From the NCBI GenBank assembly GCA_965262505.1, contig CBDHFM010000030.1, positions 2,528,088 through 2,592,087 of the forward strand: a stretch of DNA of 64,000 nt, in the 5' to 3' direction. A program made the translations under genes and the position numbers. Positions within the stretch are counted from its first letter, which is position 1. Each line of letters opens with the position of its first letter. Below the pieces are notes generated by a model. It saw only the letters and a program-made list of their open reading frames with translations. It searched no databases and was not told the origin of the DNA. Origin of the DNA: Vicinamibacterales bacterium. GTDB lineage: Bacteria; Acidobacteriota; Vicinamibacteria; Vicinamibacterales; UBA2999. Positions 45,787 through 56,198 of this stretch are shown piece by piece.

Positions 45787-47851
45787 TCGGCCCGTCGTTA
45801 CCCGTCTGTCAGTCGGGCTCGCCTGCGTCGTGGTTGCAGGGCTTTCCACGACCTTCATTGTCGGGTCGACCACGGATGAGGAGGAGTTCCGGTCTGCGGT
45901 TCTCAGTACGTGGCTCCATGTCGACGCGCTTCGTCACGGGCGGTTTGACTTCTGGACAGCCTTGCTCGGCCTTGGTGTTCCACTCCAGTTCACGCCCAGC
46001 TTCCTTCTCCATCCGCTCCTCCCGCTGCTCGCGGTCGTTTCGCCGGTAACCTGGGTCCGTAGTCTTTTCCTGGCGCACACGCTGCTGGGAGCGGCCGGCA
46101 TGTGGCAGCTCACCCGGCACCTGCGCGTGACGCCATTGACGAGCGCCGTGTGCGTGTCGACGTTCCTGCTGGCGACCCCTACCCAGAACTACATCCTCAC
46201 CGACTTCTGGCCCTCCCACTACATCGTGTGGACCGCGGCGCCCTGGCTCCTGCTACTCGCGTGGCAGGTTCTGGAGGCGGACGGAAGGGCCCTTCGCGTC
46301 CGGAGCGTTGCGTGTGGCCTGTGCGCCGGGCTCGTCGTCGCCAACGCGCATCCTGGGCAGCTCCTCGTGTATGCCACCGTGGTGGCCGGCGTGGTGATCG
46401 CACACTGGCACGAGGTCGTCGCACGCGGCCGATGGATCGCGGTGGCGGCCCTGATTGCTGCAGCGGTCGCCAGCCCAACCCTCGCGCAACTGGTACATGA
46501 GCGGCTGATGTTTGCCGCCGGCTTGGATCGCGACATCCTGCGGGAGTCGCTGGGATGGTCGGAGGCGTGGAACGTGTTCCTCAGCCCGCTCGGCAGCCCG
46601 ATCGGGCTGCCGAGCGCGGGCTCGTTGCCGTTCACGAGAACGCTGTTCTTCGGCGGACCGTTTGCGGTGCTCTGCCTTATCGGCTGCGTGCGCTTCGCGC
46701 GACGCCATTTTGGTCTCGCGTTCGTGGTCGTTACGTGCACCGTGCTGCTGTTCACCTCCCTGCCCCTGCCGGTCGTGTCTGCGCGTTTCCATCTTCGCGA
46801 CCCATTGACGCTTGCGGCGATCCCGCTGGCGGGATTGTCTCTCGAGCGGTTGCTCGCGCGCCGATGGAGGCCCGTGGCCGTGCTGGTGGTGATCATCCAG
46901 CTGGGCGTGCTCTGCGCGTCAGCTTGGCCGGCGATGGCGGGCACCTGGAGACCGGACGCGCGGCAAGACGAGTGGTTCCGCGGCGCCACCGGCGCCGCCG
47001 AACCGGTGGAGACGCTGCTGACGCTCGCGAGGCCTTCGGGGCGGATGGTCTTCTCGCCGGGGGTGGATGACGGGGTTAGGGGCCGCGGATATCTCAGGGA
47101 AGGCCTTGGTATCAACGCTCTGGCATACCGAGGTCTCTCTGTCGTGAACGGCAGGTTCAAGGGCATTTCAGCAGGGACGGTGTGGCCCGACGATTCGGTG
47201 TTCTACGCGCGCGTTCGCGCGCCGCAGCAACTGCTCGAGTCGGCGGCCGCCCTCGACGTTCTGGGTATCCGGTACGTGCTGGCCAATGCCGACGACACGG
47301 TCGCAGAGGATCTGCGTAGACGCGGTCTCGTCCAGAAAAGCAACGGGACCGAGTTTGTGCTCTACGAGAACAGCAACCCGTGGCCAGACGCGTTCGTCCT
47401 TGACCGCGAGGCGGAGAACATTCCTCCCGTGAGGATGCCCGGCTGCCCGAACGATGGTGTGCTCTGTACAGATCTGGCACCGTTAGTAGAACGACGATCG
47501 ACGGACCGTCTTCTGATCGAGCATCAAAACGGCCGAGTTGACGTCCGGCTGTTCCCGGCCGACGAGCCACGATTGCTCGTGGTCAGCCAGATGTTTCGAT
47601 CCGATTGGGTCGCGTCCGCCGACGGCAGCCCACTGACCACGGTTCGAGTATTTGGAGGGCTGATCGGAGTCCGGGTCCCGTCGGGCGTCAGCTCCGTTCA
47701 GCTTCGGTATCGCCCGGTCATGGTGATGCTCGCCACCGCGCTCGCGTGGTGCACGCTGATCGCCGGTTGCGCCGCGTTGATCGTCCTGCGCAGAACCGGC
47801 CGGCGTTCCGCTCCAGCTTCGGCGGAGGATGGCGAAGGCATCCGCGCCTGA
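45779..47851 (+). CDS. YfhO-like polytopic membrane protein (putative glycosyltransferase)
   Basis: 690 aa. The GTG start overlaps the previous stop. The N-terminal region (LHVDALRHGRFDFWTALLGLGVPL) and the many-TM plus C-terminal soluble-domain layout resemble the YfhO family. Confidence 0.5.
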   Translation: MPDRPVVTRLSVGLACVVVAGLSTTFIVGSTTDEEEFRSAVLSTWLHVDALRHGRFDFWTALLGLGVPLQFTPSFLLHPLLPLLAVVSPVTWVRSLFLAHTLLGAAGMWQLTRHLRVTPLTSAVCVSTFLLATPTQNYILTDFWPSHYIVWTAAPWLLLLAWQVLEADGRALRVRSVACGLCAGLVVANAHPGQLLVYATVVAGVVIAHWHEVVARGRWIAVAALIAAAVASPTLAQLVHERLMFAAGLDRDILRESLGWSEAWNVFLSPLGSPIGLPSAGSLPFTRTLFFGGPFAVLCLIGCVRFARRHFGLAFVVVTCTVLLFTSLPLPVVSARFHLRDPLTLAAIPLAGLSLERLLARRWRPVAVLVVIIQLGVLCASAWPAMAGTWRPDARQDEWFRGATGAAEPVETLLTLARPSGRMVFSPGVDDGVRGRGYLREGLGINALAYRGLSVVNGRFKGISAGTVWPDDSVFYARVRAPQQLLESAAALDVLGIRYVLANADDTVAEDLRRRGLVQKSNGTEFVLYENSNPWPDAFVLDREAENIPPVRMPGCPNDGVLCTDLAPLVERRSTDRLLIEHQNGRVDVRLFPADEPRLLVVSQMFRSDWVASADGSPLTTVRVFGGLIGVRVPSGVSSVQLRYRPVMVMLATALAWCTLIAGCAALIVLRRTGRRSAPASAEDGEGIRA

Positions 47852-47905
47852 GACATCTTCCTCACCGACGAGCTTCCCCGTCGACGCGACAGTCCCGTAA
47901 TCCAT

Positions 47906-49057
47906 CTACGCGCGCGGCTGGGGGATGTCTTTCTCTCTGTCGCGGCGGTTCGCAAGCGCCGCCTCGTAGGCACCGCGAAGTACGACCGCCGCGCGATCCC
48001 ATGAAAACTCCCGCGCTCGCGCGAGCCCCCGTTGCGCGCACGAGGTTGCGAACGCCTCGTCGGTGAGCATGCGCTGCATCGCCGTCGCGAGCGCCTCCAC
48101 GTCGTCGGGATCAACGAGCGTCCCCGCGTCTCCAAGCACTTCGGGGAGCGCCCCCCGATTGGCGGCGACGACCGGCACTCCCGCCGACATGGCTTCGAGG
48201 ACCGGGATCCCGAAGCCCTCGTTGCGCGACGGCATGACGAGGAGGCGCGCGCCCGCGTACGTGTCCTCCCGATCGGCATCCGGCACGTAGCCGAGATGAC
48301 GCACGCGGCCGGCAAGCGGAGGCCGGGAGAACCGTTCGAGCCAGGCGGCGGCGTCCGGTGTCGCTCGTCCGGCGATCACCAGGGGCGGCGTCCGGCCATC
48401 ACGCTCGACGAGGCGCGAGTAGGCGTCCAGCAGCGCGCCAACGTTCTTTCGTGCCTCGAGCGTCCCGACGAAGAGCACGTATCCCTCGCGCGGCAGGTTC
48501 GGCGCGTGGCCGAGCGTACGCCAGGCCGGCGGGCCGGGTGAGCAGACGTGAATACGCGCTCCGGGAACGCCGAACGTTCGCTCGACGAGCGAGGCCGTGT
48601 GGCGCGAGTTCGCCACGACCGCGTCGGCGCGCCGCACGTGACGGGACGCGAGGTCTGGATAGTCGCGCCGCACCTCGGCGCGGGTGGACCGCGGCTCCGT
48701 CAGGAAGAAAAGGTCGTGCACCGTCACGACCTGGGCCGCATGCCGGCTGGGAATGAGCAGCGGGTGGGCCGCATGGACGACGTCGGCGGCGACCCCAAGC
48801 GTTTCGATTGGCGGCCATTCCAGTCGATGCCACACGTAGTTCAGGATGCAGACCGGCACCCGCCGGTCCACCACGCGTGCGCCGAGCTCGGACGACACGC
48901 CGGCCGCCGGGCGGTCCTTCCATGAACTCGTGAAGACGGCAACCTCGTCGCCGGCAGCCCCGGGGTGACGGGCATACGCGCGCACCAGGTTGTGCATGTA
49001 TTCGCCGACGCCCGTCCGCTCGCGAAGGGCGGGGCGATAATCAACGAGGATGCGCAC
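47906..49057 (-). CDS. Glycosyltransferase family 4
   Basis: 383 aa. MRILVDYRPALRERTGVGEY; VMPSRNEGFGIPVLEAMSAGVPVVAANRGALPEV. Confidence 0.85.
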   Translation of the reverse strand: MRILVDYRPALRERTGVGEYMHNLVRAYARHPGAAGDEVAVFTSSWKDRPAAGVSSELGARVVDRRVPVCILNYVWHRLEWPPIETLGVAADVVHAAHPLLIPSRHAAQVVTVHDLFFLTEPRSTRAEVRRDYPDLASRHVRRADAVVANSRHTASLVERTFGVPGARIHVCSPGPPAWRTLGHAPNLPREGYVLFVGTLEARKNVGALLDAYSRLVERDGRTPPLVIAGRATPDAAAWLERFSRPPLAGRVRHLGYVPDADREDTYAGARLLVMPSRNEGFGIPVLEAMSAGVPVVAANRGALPEVLGDAGTLVDPDDVEALATAMQRMLTDEAFATSCAQRGLARAREFSWDRAAVVLRGAYEAALANRRDREKDIPQPRA

Positions 49058-49066
49058 CCTTCAGGA

Positions 49067-50089
49067 CTACCGAATCTGATCCGAAAGGAGCGCGACGGTC
49101 AGCGCGTAGTAGTGCGCGCAGTTGTAGCGCAGGATCGTGTCGTAGTTCGGATAGACGAGAAAGCTCCTGGCGTCGGTGTCCACCAGGCCCGCGGGGACAT
49201 CGCTGTCCGGCAGCGCCGTCCCGTTCGCCCGCCGTACGCCCAGCCGCTGCCATTCGGTAAGCGGCATACGCTCGGTCATGGAGCGCATCGCGGAACAGCC
49301 CTCCGACGGCTTCGACGTCTCTTGTTCGATGCGTGCGCGCACGGCCGGAGTGACGCGCACCTCGCGGCCCCACCTGAACTCGTCGTCCCAGCCCCACGCC
49401 TTGAGGTAGTTCGCGATGGAGGCGAGCGCATCCGGTGTCGACCGCCAGATATCGCGGCGGCCGTCCCGATCGAAGTCCTGGGCGAACTTCAGGTAGCTCG
49501 ACGGCATGAACTGCGCCTGACCCATCGCGCCCGCCCACGATCCGGTCATGGTCGCGGTATCGATATCCCCACGCGCGACCATCGTCAGCGCGTCGAACAG
49601 CTCGCCGCGAAAGAACGCCGCCCGTCGCGGCTCCCACGCCAGTGTGGCCAACGCCCGAAATACCGGCGTGTCGCCGGTGACCCGGCCATAGCGCGTCTCG
49701 ATGCCCCAGATGGCGACGACCACGCGTCGCTGCACCTCGTAGGCGGATTCGATGCTGGCCAGGACTGCGCGGTGCTGCCACGCTAGGTCGCGGCCCTGGC
49801 GGAGGATCTGCGGCGTGACGCGGGTACGGTAGTACCGATCGAAGCCGACGACGGACTCCGCCTGCGAGCGGTCGTTTTGGATCACCTGCGGCAACGGCTC
49901 GATGCCGGCAAGCGCCTGCTGGACGAGCTCCTCGCTGTAGCCGCGCGCGCGCGCTTCGGCTATCAGCTCCTGCCGCCACTGGTCGAACGGCGGCGGCTCG
50001 TCGGGCTCGGGGGCCTGCCGGCCGGCTGCGAACAGGAACACTGCGAAGAGCAGAGCAAGCGGGGCCAGAGGCATTCGCAAATGTACCAT
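49067..50089 (-). CDS. Lytic murein transglycosylase (MltB/SLT_2-like)
   Basis: Signal peptide, then ..[13 protein letters not shown].. and [33 protein letters not shown]. Confidence 0.85.
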   Translation of the reverse strand: MVHLRMPLAPLALLFAVFLFAAGRQAPEPDEPPPFDQWRQELIAEARARGYSEELVQQALAGIEPLPQVIQNDRSQAESVVGFDRYYRTRVTPQILRQGRDLAWQHRAVLASIESAYEVQRRVVVAIWGIETRYGRVTGDTPVFRALATLAWEPRRAAFFRGELFDALTMVARGDIDTATMTGSWAGAMGQAQFMPSSYLKFAQDFDRDGRRDIWRSTPDALASIANYLKAWGWDDEFRWGREVRVTPAVRARIEQETSKPSEGCSAMRSMTERMPLTEWQRLGVRRANGTALPDSDVPAGLVDTDARSFLVYPNYDTILRYNCAHYYALTVALLSDQIR

Positions 50090-50183
50090 GGCGCCCTTGC
50101 ATTTTGCGCCCCGCTTCGGTCTAATGCCTCAAACCGCGTTGGTCCGTAAGTGTCTCTACCCATTGACCATTGAGCGCAACGAC

Positions 50184-50750
50184 ATGCCTTATACATTGAA
50201 CGTCAACGGAAGGTCGGCAACGGTCGATGTGCCGGCCGACATGCCCCTGTTGTGGGTGATTCGCGATGTCCTGAACCTGAAAGGCACGAAGTTCGGGTGC
50301 GGCATCGGACAGTGCGGCGCCTGCACCGTGCACCTGCGCGGCCGCGCCGTTCGCGCGTGTCAGACGCCGGTATCGGCGGCGGCCGACGCGCCCGTCACGA
50401 CGCTGGAAGGGCTGTCGGCGGATGGCACCCACCCGCTGCAACTGGCGTGGCAGGCGATCGATGTGCCGCAGTGCGGCTATTGCCAGGCCGGTCAGATCAT
50501 GTCTGCCGCCGCGCTCCTGGCGACGACACCGCAGCCGACCGACGCCGATATCGACCGCGCGATGAACGGCAACCTGTGCCGCTGCGGAACATATCTGCGG
50601 ATTCGCGAGGCTATTCACATCGCCGCCTCGACGCTACCGGGGGGGGCCGCGTCGCAAACCGCCAGCGGTAGCGCGTCCGGCGGGACGGTCCGCGAAGCGG
50701 ACCGTCTAACCAGCACTGGCTTGTCGGGTCGCGTCGCGACCCGACGCTAA
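50184..50750 (+). CDS. (2Fe-2S)-binding small subunit, IorA-like (second pair)
   Basis: The ATG at 50184 gives [16 protein letters not shown]; [12 protein letters not shown] and [15 protein letters not shown] clusters. Confidence 0.9.
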   Translation: MPYTLNVNGRSATVDVPADMPLLWVIRDVLNLKGTKFGCGIGQCGACTVHLRGRAVRACQTPVSAAADAPVTTLEGLSADGTHPLQLAWQAIDVPQCGYCQAGQIMSAAALLATTPQPTDADIDRAMNGNLCRCGTYLRIREAIHIAASTLPGGAASQTASGSASGGTVREADRLTSTGLSGRVATRR

Positions 50751-50760
50751 GGAGGACGCC

Positions 50761-52974
50761 ATGGGAACCATGCTGCTCGACCGTCGCGCCTTCCTTCATG
50801 TGACCGCGCTCGCCGGCGGCGGGATGCTCGTCGCCGCCTATGTGGATCCGCTGACGGGCCTGCTCGCCCAGAGGCGGCGTGACCCTGGGACGTTCGTGCC
50901 GAACGCCTTCGTCAAGATCACGCCAGACAACGTCGTGACCATCATGTCGAAGAACCCCGAGATCGGGCAGGGGGTCAAGACCTCGCTGCCGATGCTGATT
51001 GCCGAGGAGCTCGAGGTGCCCTGGGATGACGTCCGGATCGAGCAGGCCGACCTCGATCCGACGAAGTACGGCCGGCAGAACGCCGGAGGAAGCACCGCCA
51101 CGCCCACCAACTACGAGCCGCTGCGCCGGGTCGGCGCGGCCGTCCGGCAGATGTTCGTGGCCGCCGGAGCGCAGTCGTGGAGCGTCCCGGTCGCCGAGTG
51201 CTACGCGGCCAGCGCGGCCGTGCATCACCGGCCGACGGGACGATCGATGACCTACGGGCAGCTTGCAGCCACCGCCGCCACACTCACGCCGCCAGACATG
51301 GCAACCGTGCCGCTCAAAGCGGCGGCGAACTTCACGATCATCGGCGAGCCCAAGGCCGGCGTCGACAACTTCGCCATCGTGACCGGCCAACCCACCTTCG
51401 GCATCGACTTCACGCTGCCCGGCATGTTGTGGGCGGTGTACGAGAAGTGCCCAGTGTACGGTGGCACGGTGGTCAACGCCAACCTGGACGAGGTCAGGGC
51501 GCTGCCGGGGGTCCGCCACGCGTTCGCGGTGCGGGGGACGACCGATACCCGGGGGCTGATGCCGGGCGTGGCCATCGTCGCCGACAGCTGGTGGCAGGCG
51601 CAGAGCGCGCGTCGCCGGCTGCAGGTGACCTGGAACGAGGGACCGACGGCGGAGCAGAGCAGCGAAGGCTTCGCCCGGCAGGCGCAGGCGCTCTCGACGG
51701 CGACCCCGTCGTTTCCGCTGCGCGTGACCGGCGACGTCGACCAGGCGCTCGAGGGCGCGGCCAGCGTCGTCGAGGCGGCGTACTCGTACCCCTTTATTTC
51801 GCACGCGCCGCTCGAGCCGCAAAACTGCACCGCGCACTACCGCGACGGCAGGATGGAGATTTGGGCGCCGACGCAAACGCCGCAGGGGGGGCGGCAGCTC
51901 GTCTCGACAGCCCTGGACATCCCGCAGGAGAACATCACGATTCATATCCAGCGGGCGGGCGGAGGCTTCGGCCGGCGGCTGACCAACGACTACATGGGGG
52001 AGGCGGCAGCCATCACCAAGGAGATCGGCGTTCCCGTCAAGGTGCTGTGGACGCGCGAGGACGACATGCGCCACGATCACTACCGGCCTGGAGGATTCCA
52101 TTTCCTCAAGGCCGGCGTGGACGGTTCGGGCAAGCTCATCGCGTGGCGTAACCACTTCGTGAGCTTTGGCGACAACGAGCGTGGCGCGCAGGGCTTCTCG
52201 AATTCCGCCAACATCAACGCCGTCGAGTTCCCGGCGCGGTTCGTGCCGAACTTCGACTTCCAGGCGACGCTCATGCCGCTTGGGGTACCGACGGGCGCTC
52301 TACGTGCCCCGCGCAGCAACGCCTTCTCGTGGGCGTTCCAGTCCTTCATCGACGAGCTGGCGCAGGCGGCCGGCAAGGATCCGATTCAGTTCCGGCTCGA
52401 TCTGCTCTCCGGTACCGAGATGGCGCAGCCGGAGCAGGGCGGCGACGGTTTCGACGCGTCGCGCATGCGCGGCGTGCTCGAGCTGATTCGCGAGAGGTCT
52501 GGATGGGGGACGCGGCGTCTGCCTGCGCGCACCGCGATGGGGGTGGCGTTCCAGTACAGCCACCGGGGGTACTTCGCGAACGTGGCCGAGGTCGCCGTGG
52601 ACGCGAACGATCGCGTGAAGATCGAGAGGGTGTGGGTGGTCGGGGACATCGGTCGCCAGATCGTCAACCCCAGTTCGGCGACCAGCGTTTCGCAGGGGGC
52701 CGTCATCGAAGGCATGAGCCACCTGATGAACTGGGAGATCACCTATTCGGGCGGCAAGGCCGTGCAGGGCAACTTCGACGTGTATCAGCCGACGCGAATG
52801 GCGCAGGCGCCGCCGATCGACGTGCACTTCCTGCTGACGGACAATCCGCCGACCGGGTTGGGGGAGCCGGCGCTCCCGCCGACGCTCGGCGCGATCAGCA
52901 ACGCGATCGCCGCCGCCTCCGGGAAGCGGATCCGTATGCTGCCGATCGCGAAGAGCGGCTTCCGGTGGGCGTGA
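50761..52974 (+). CDS. Molybdopterin-dependent oxidoreductase, IorB-like large subunit with Tat signal (second pair)
   Basis: [21 protein letters not shown] (twin-arginine motif). 737 aa; GGGFGRR and GLGEPALPP motifs. Confidence 0.85.
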   Translation: MGTMLLDRRAFLHVTALAGGGMLVAAYVDPLTGLLAQRRRDPGTFVPNAFVKITPDNVVTIMSKNPEIGQGVKTSLPMLIAEELEVPWDDVRIEQADLDPTKYGRQNAGGSTATPTNYEPLRRVGAAVRQMFVAAGAQSWSVPVAECYAASAAVHHRPTGRSMTYGQLAATAATLTPPDMATVPLKAAANFTIIGEPKAGVDNFAIVTGQPTFGIDFTLPGMLWAVYEKCPVYGGTVVNANLDEVRALPGVRHAFAVRGTTDTRGLMPGVAIVADSWWQAQSARRRLQVTWNEGPTAEQSSEGFARQAQALSTATPSFPLRVTGDVDQALEGAASVVEAAYSYPFISHAPLEPQNCTAHYRDGRMEIWAPTQTPQGGRQLVSTALDIPQENITIHIQRAGGGFGRRLTNDYMGEAAAITKEIGVPVKVLWTREDDMRHDHYRPGGFHFLKAGVDGSGKLIAWRNHFVSFGDNERGAQGFSNSANINAVEFPARFVPNFDFQATLMPLGVPTGALRAPRSNAFSWAFQSFIDELAQAAGKDPIQFRLDLLSGTEMAQPEQGGDGFDASRMRGVLELIRERSGWGTRRLPARTAMGVAFQYSHRGYFANVAEVAVDANDRVKIERVWVVGDIGRQIVNPSSATSVSQGAVIEGMSHLMNWEITYSGGKAVQGNFDVYQPTRMAQAPPIDVHFLLTDNPPTGLGEPALPPTLGAISNAIAAASGKRIRMLPIAKSGFRWA

Positions 52975-53822
52975 GCGAACCGACACCAAGTTTTAACGGA
53001 CTCACTGTTCTCCTTCTCGAGAGCCGCCGCAGCCGCGAAATGGCGGCTCTCGTCTCCACCTACGGCGGCCGTCCGGTCGTCGCTCCCGCACTCCGCGAGG
53101 TTCCGCTCGAATCGAGTCCCGAGGCTCTCGTGTTCGCCGACGCCCTCGTGCGTGGCGAGTTCGACTGCGTCATCCTGCTGACCGGTGTCGGCACGCGCGC
53201 GCTCGTCGACGTCGTCGAGCGCGCGGGGTCCCGCGAGGCCTTCGTGGACGCCCTGGCGAAGACGAAGGTGGTGGCGCGCGGCCCCAAGCCGCTTGCGGTG
53301 CTTCGCGAGTTGAACGTCCCGGCGTGGGTGGCCGCGCCGGAGCCCAACACGTGGCGCGAGCTGCTGGCGGCCCTCGATGCCACCGGCACGTCGTTCGATG
53401 GACTGCGGGTCGCGGTCCAGGAGTACGGCGTGTCGAATCCCGATCTACTGCAGGGGCTGGAGACGCGCGGAGCCCGAGTGACGCGCGTCCCAGTGTACCG
53501 CTGGGCGCTGCCTGAGGATGTCGCGCCGTTGCGGTCGGCGGTCTCGTCCGTGGCGGGGGGTGAGATCGACATCGTCATCGTCACGACCGCCACGCAGGCC
53601 GTCCACCTGTTTCAGGTTGCGGAGACGATGGGCCAGGCGAACGCCGTTCGCGAGGGCCTTCGCCGAACGGTCGTCGCCTCGATCGGCCCAACCACGACCG
53701 AGGCGCTGAGGCACCAGGACGTCGCTGTCGATCTCGAAGCCTCCCGTCCCAAGATGGGCTTCCTCGTGCGGGAAGCCGCCGCGCGCAGCGGGGAGTTGCT
53801 GCAAGCGAAACGCGACGCGTAG
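52971..53822 (+). CDS. hemD: Uroporphyrinogen-III synthase
   Basis: The GTG at 52971 overlaps the upstream stop (GTGA). The two-lobed HemD pattern ([11 protein letters not shown].., [12 protein letters not shown]) is present. The listed ORF start 52329 overlaps the IorB-like gene. Confidence 0.65.
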   Translation: MSEPTPSFNGLTVLLLESRRSREMAALVSTYGGRPVVAPALREVPLESSPEALVFADALVRGEFDCVILLTGVGTRALVDVVERAGSREAFVDALAKTKVVARGPKPLAVLRELNVPAWVAAPEPNTWRELLAALDATGTSFDGLRVAVQEYGVSNPDLLQGLETRGARVTRVPVYRWALPEDVAPLRSAVSSVAGGEIDIVIVTTATQAVHLFQVAETMGQANAVREGLRRTVVASIGPTTTEALRHQDVAVDLEASRPKMGFLVREAAARSGELLQAKRDA

Positions 53823-53855
53823 TACTGATGTCATCACCTCGTCGCGGGTGGCGCC

Positions 53856-53874
53856 GGGCGGGGCCGCCCCGCCC
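53856..53874. terminator. GC-rich hairpin between convergent hemD and the ompA-family gene (possible bidirectional terminator)
   Basis: GGGCGGGG-CCG-CCCCGCCC: 8-bp perfect stem, 3-nt loop. No adjacent T-tract. Confidence 0.3.
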
Positions 53875-53968
53875 GCGCTGCAGGCGCCTCTCTCGTGACA
53901 GGTGTTTTTGGCGCCGAGGACGGGTGGGGCTGTCCGCGGACAGGACCCGTCCGGAGGTAATGAAACCG

Positions 53969-54765
53969 CTACTCGACGCGCACCAGTTCCACGCGGCGGT
54001 TCTGCTGCCGGCCCTGCTCGTCGGCGTTGTCGGCGACAGGCTGATCCGGGCCGAAGCCGCGTGGCACGAGCCGGTTCGCCTCCACGCCGTAGAGGCCCAG
54101 CGCCGCGGCCACCGATTGCGCCCGCTCGAGGGATAACTGGCGGTTGCGCTCGGCGGAGCCGGTCGAGTCGGTGTGGCCCTGGACCTCGATGCGCAAGCCC
54201 GGATTGGCCTTGAGCACCTCTGCCACGGTGTCGATCACCTCGCCGCTGCCCGGCCGCAGGTCCGCCCGATTGACGTCGAACAGGATGCCGTAGATGGCCA
54301 CCTTGCCGTCGCGGGTGAGGGCCTCGAACATGGCGACGGCGTCGAACTCAAGGCTCAGGTCGAGCCCGGCCTCGTCGACGATTTCGAGTTCATACGCGCC
54401 GTTCGCACGCGTGTCGAGGATGGCCCAGGTCGTGCCGCCCCCGCGGCTCACGATCCTAAAGCGCAGCCGTGTGCCGCTTCTGTCGAGGACCTCGCCGCCC
54501 ACGCGCTCCGCTTCGGCGGCGTAGTTGGCCATGATTTCGTCTCGACTCGTGTCGCGATTATCGAGCTGGTACTCGAGATGCCAGAACTTTCCCTCCGCCG
54601 TTTCGTCAATAGTCTTTCCGTCCAATCGGTACCGCACCAGCAGCTGGCCGAAGTCGTCGGCACGTGACGCGTCCTCGACCAGGGTGGCGCCATTCATGGG
54701 CTTGACGACCGGGTGCTCGGGCAACTCGTCCGGGGCGTCCTGCGCCGACGCCGGTGCCATCAGAC
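53969..54765 (-). pseudogene. OmpA-family protein (unknown N-terminal domain plus OmpA_C peptidoglycan-binding domain), body of the gene, severed from its signal peptide by an IS chain
   Basis: OmpA_C motifs FDVNRADLRPGS..IEVQGHTDSTGSAERNRQLSLERAQSV..NRRVELV. The listed ORF begins MAPASAQDAP, which is the end of a signal peptide. Confidence 0.8.
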
Positions 54766-56198
54766 CTAGTACTACTTTGTCAGATTTGCAGTTTGACGTC
54801 TTTGAGCTTGAGCATCCACTTCAGGTAGTGCGGTTGCGTCATGAAGAAATGGGCGGTCAGCACTTCCTGGATGATGGCGCGGACGCGCGGCAGCGTGAGA
54901 TGTGTCTGTCCCCGTCGGCGGCGTTCCATCTGGAGAAAGCTGTAGGCGAGGGCGGTCAGCGCCATGTGACGTTGCCAGCCCGGCAGGCTGCGGCCTTCGA
55001 AGTGGTCGAGCCCAATCTCGTCCTTGAGCTCCTGGTATTGCTGCTCGATCGCCCAGCGCTGATGCGCGAGGCGCACGAGGCCGCGCAGCGCGGTGGTGGC
55101 GGGCAGATCGACCAAGTAGTACTTGGTGACAGGCGTTGCGCCGAGGTCGCGTTGACACAACAACCACACCTCGGGGGCGAGCCGTCGGCCCTCGCGCCAG
55201 TCGTGGGCGGGCGTGACCCGTACGGCACAGAAGCGGGCGCGCCACGGGGGATGCGTGCCGTTGCGCCACGACACGAGCCGCCACTGGCGAGGCGCTTGCG
55301 TGGCGGCCCAGGCCCGCGCTTCGACGGTCTGTGTACCGACCGGTAGGCCGTGCCGCGTGCGCGGACGGCCGCGGCCCGTCGGCGGCGGCGGCGTCTCGAG
55401 GGCCGGCGTTCCACGGAAGACCTTGAGATCGGACGACACCCCCAACGCGTAGGACAGTTTGGCCCGATGCAGCGTTCGCCGCAGCGTGGCGTTGTCGCCG
55501 AACTCGGCATCCCCCAACACGGCGGTCACCGTCACGCCCGCGGCGCGTACTTGTCGCAGCAGCGTGAGGGCCAATTGCCCCTTGGGCTGAAAGCGCACGC
55601 CGGCGGGAATGCGGGCGCGGGTCCGTTGGGCAGCGGTGAGCCACGTCTCCGGCAGATAGAGCTGCGCGCCCAGCATCCAGGCGCGCGTCCCCGTCCACAG
55701 GGCCACCGTGACGGCCGTTTGGCAGTTCGCGATTTTCCCGCGTGCCCCGCAGTATTGCCGCGCCACGCCGACCGACGCGGTCCCTTGCTTGGGAAAACTG
55801 GTGCCGTCGAGGATCAACACGCCGGTCCGCTCCGGGACCCGCGCCCGCAGCTGCTTCCACACCGTCTCGGCGTCCCACGGCGCATGCGTGATGAAGTGCT
55901 GGAACGCCTGATAGGTCCCGGGGTCGCTCAACCGCGCCCACATCGCCTCCATGGACTTGCGGCAACTGTCGTTGAGCAACCCGGCGACGTAGCGCCGCAA
56001 CGCGCCGCGTTGACTGGCGCGCCCGAAGCCGGCCTCGAACGGCTCCAGCCAGGCCAGCAACCGACGGAGCCACGCGGTCGCGGTGTGATCGAGCACCGCA
56101 CGGCAGCGTATCGAACTCGCGGAATTTGTACAATGCCCTCAAAAGTGATCACTCTCGAATCCACTCGGCAATTCGTCAATCTGACAAAGTAGTACTAG
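54766..56198 (-). mobile_element. IS701-family insertion sequence, copy B (1433 bp including flanking CTAG)
   Basis: Perfect 20-bp terminal inverted repeats CTAGTACTACTTTGTCAGAT. Same orientation as copy A. Confidence 0.9.
54780..56096 (-). CDS. IS701-family DDE transposase
   Basis: 438 aa; one substitution versus copy A (V->M in GWQRHMAL). Confidence 0.9.
   Translation of the reverse strand: MLDHTATAWLRRLLAWLEPFEAGFGRASQRGALRRYVAGLLNDSCRKSMEAMWARLSDPGTYQAFQHFITHAPWDAETVWKQLRARVPERTGVLILDGTSFPKQGTASVGVARQYCGARGKIANCQTAVTVALWTGTRAWMLGAQLYLPETWLTAAQRTRARIPAGVRFQPKGQLALTLLRQVRAAGVTVTAVLGDAEFGDNATLRRTLHRAKLSYALGVSSDLKVFRGTPALETPPPPTGRGRPRTRHGLPVGTQTVEARAWAATQAPRQWRLVSWRNGTHPPWRARFCAVRVTPAHDWREGRRLAPEVWLLCQRDLGATPVTKYYLVDLPATTALRGLVRLAHQRWAIEQQYQELKDEIGLDHFEGRSLPGWQRHMALTALAYSFLQMERRRRGQTHLTLPRVRAIIQEVLTAHFFMTQPHYLKWMLKLKDVKLQI

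Noticed and set aside
52329-52970. A long N-terminal extension of the hemD ORF (also 4742-4900 for the GT2, 5802-5864 for the epimerase, 10981-11079 for the HAD gene, 50088-50183 for iorA-like 2, and 35166-35336 for IorB-like 1)
   Set aside because: These extensions overlap the preceding well-supported genes in another frame and are Arg/Gly-rich with no homology pattern. Internal starts with overlapping stop/start signals (GTGA/ATGA) or Tat/N-terminal motifs fit better.
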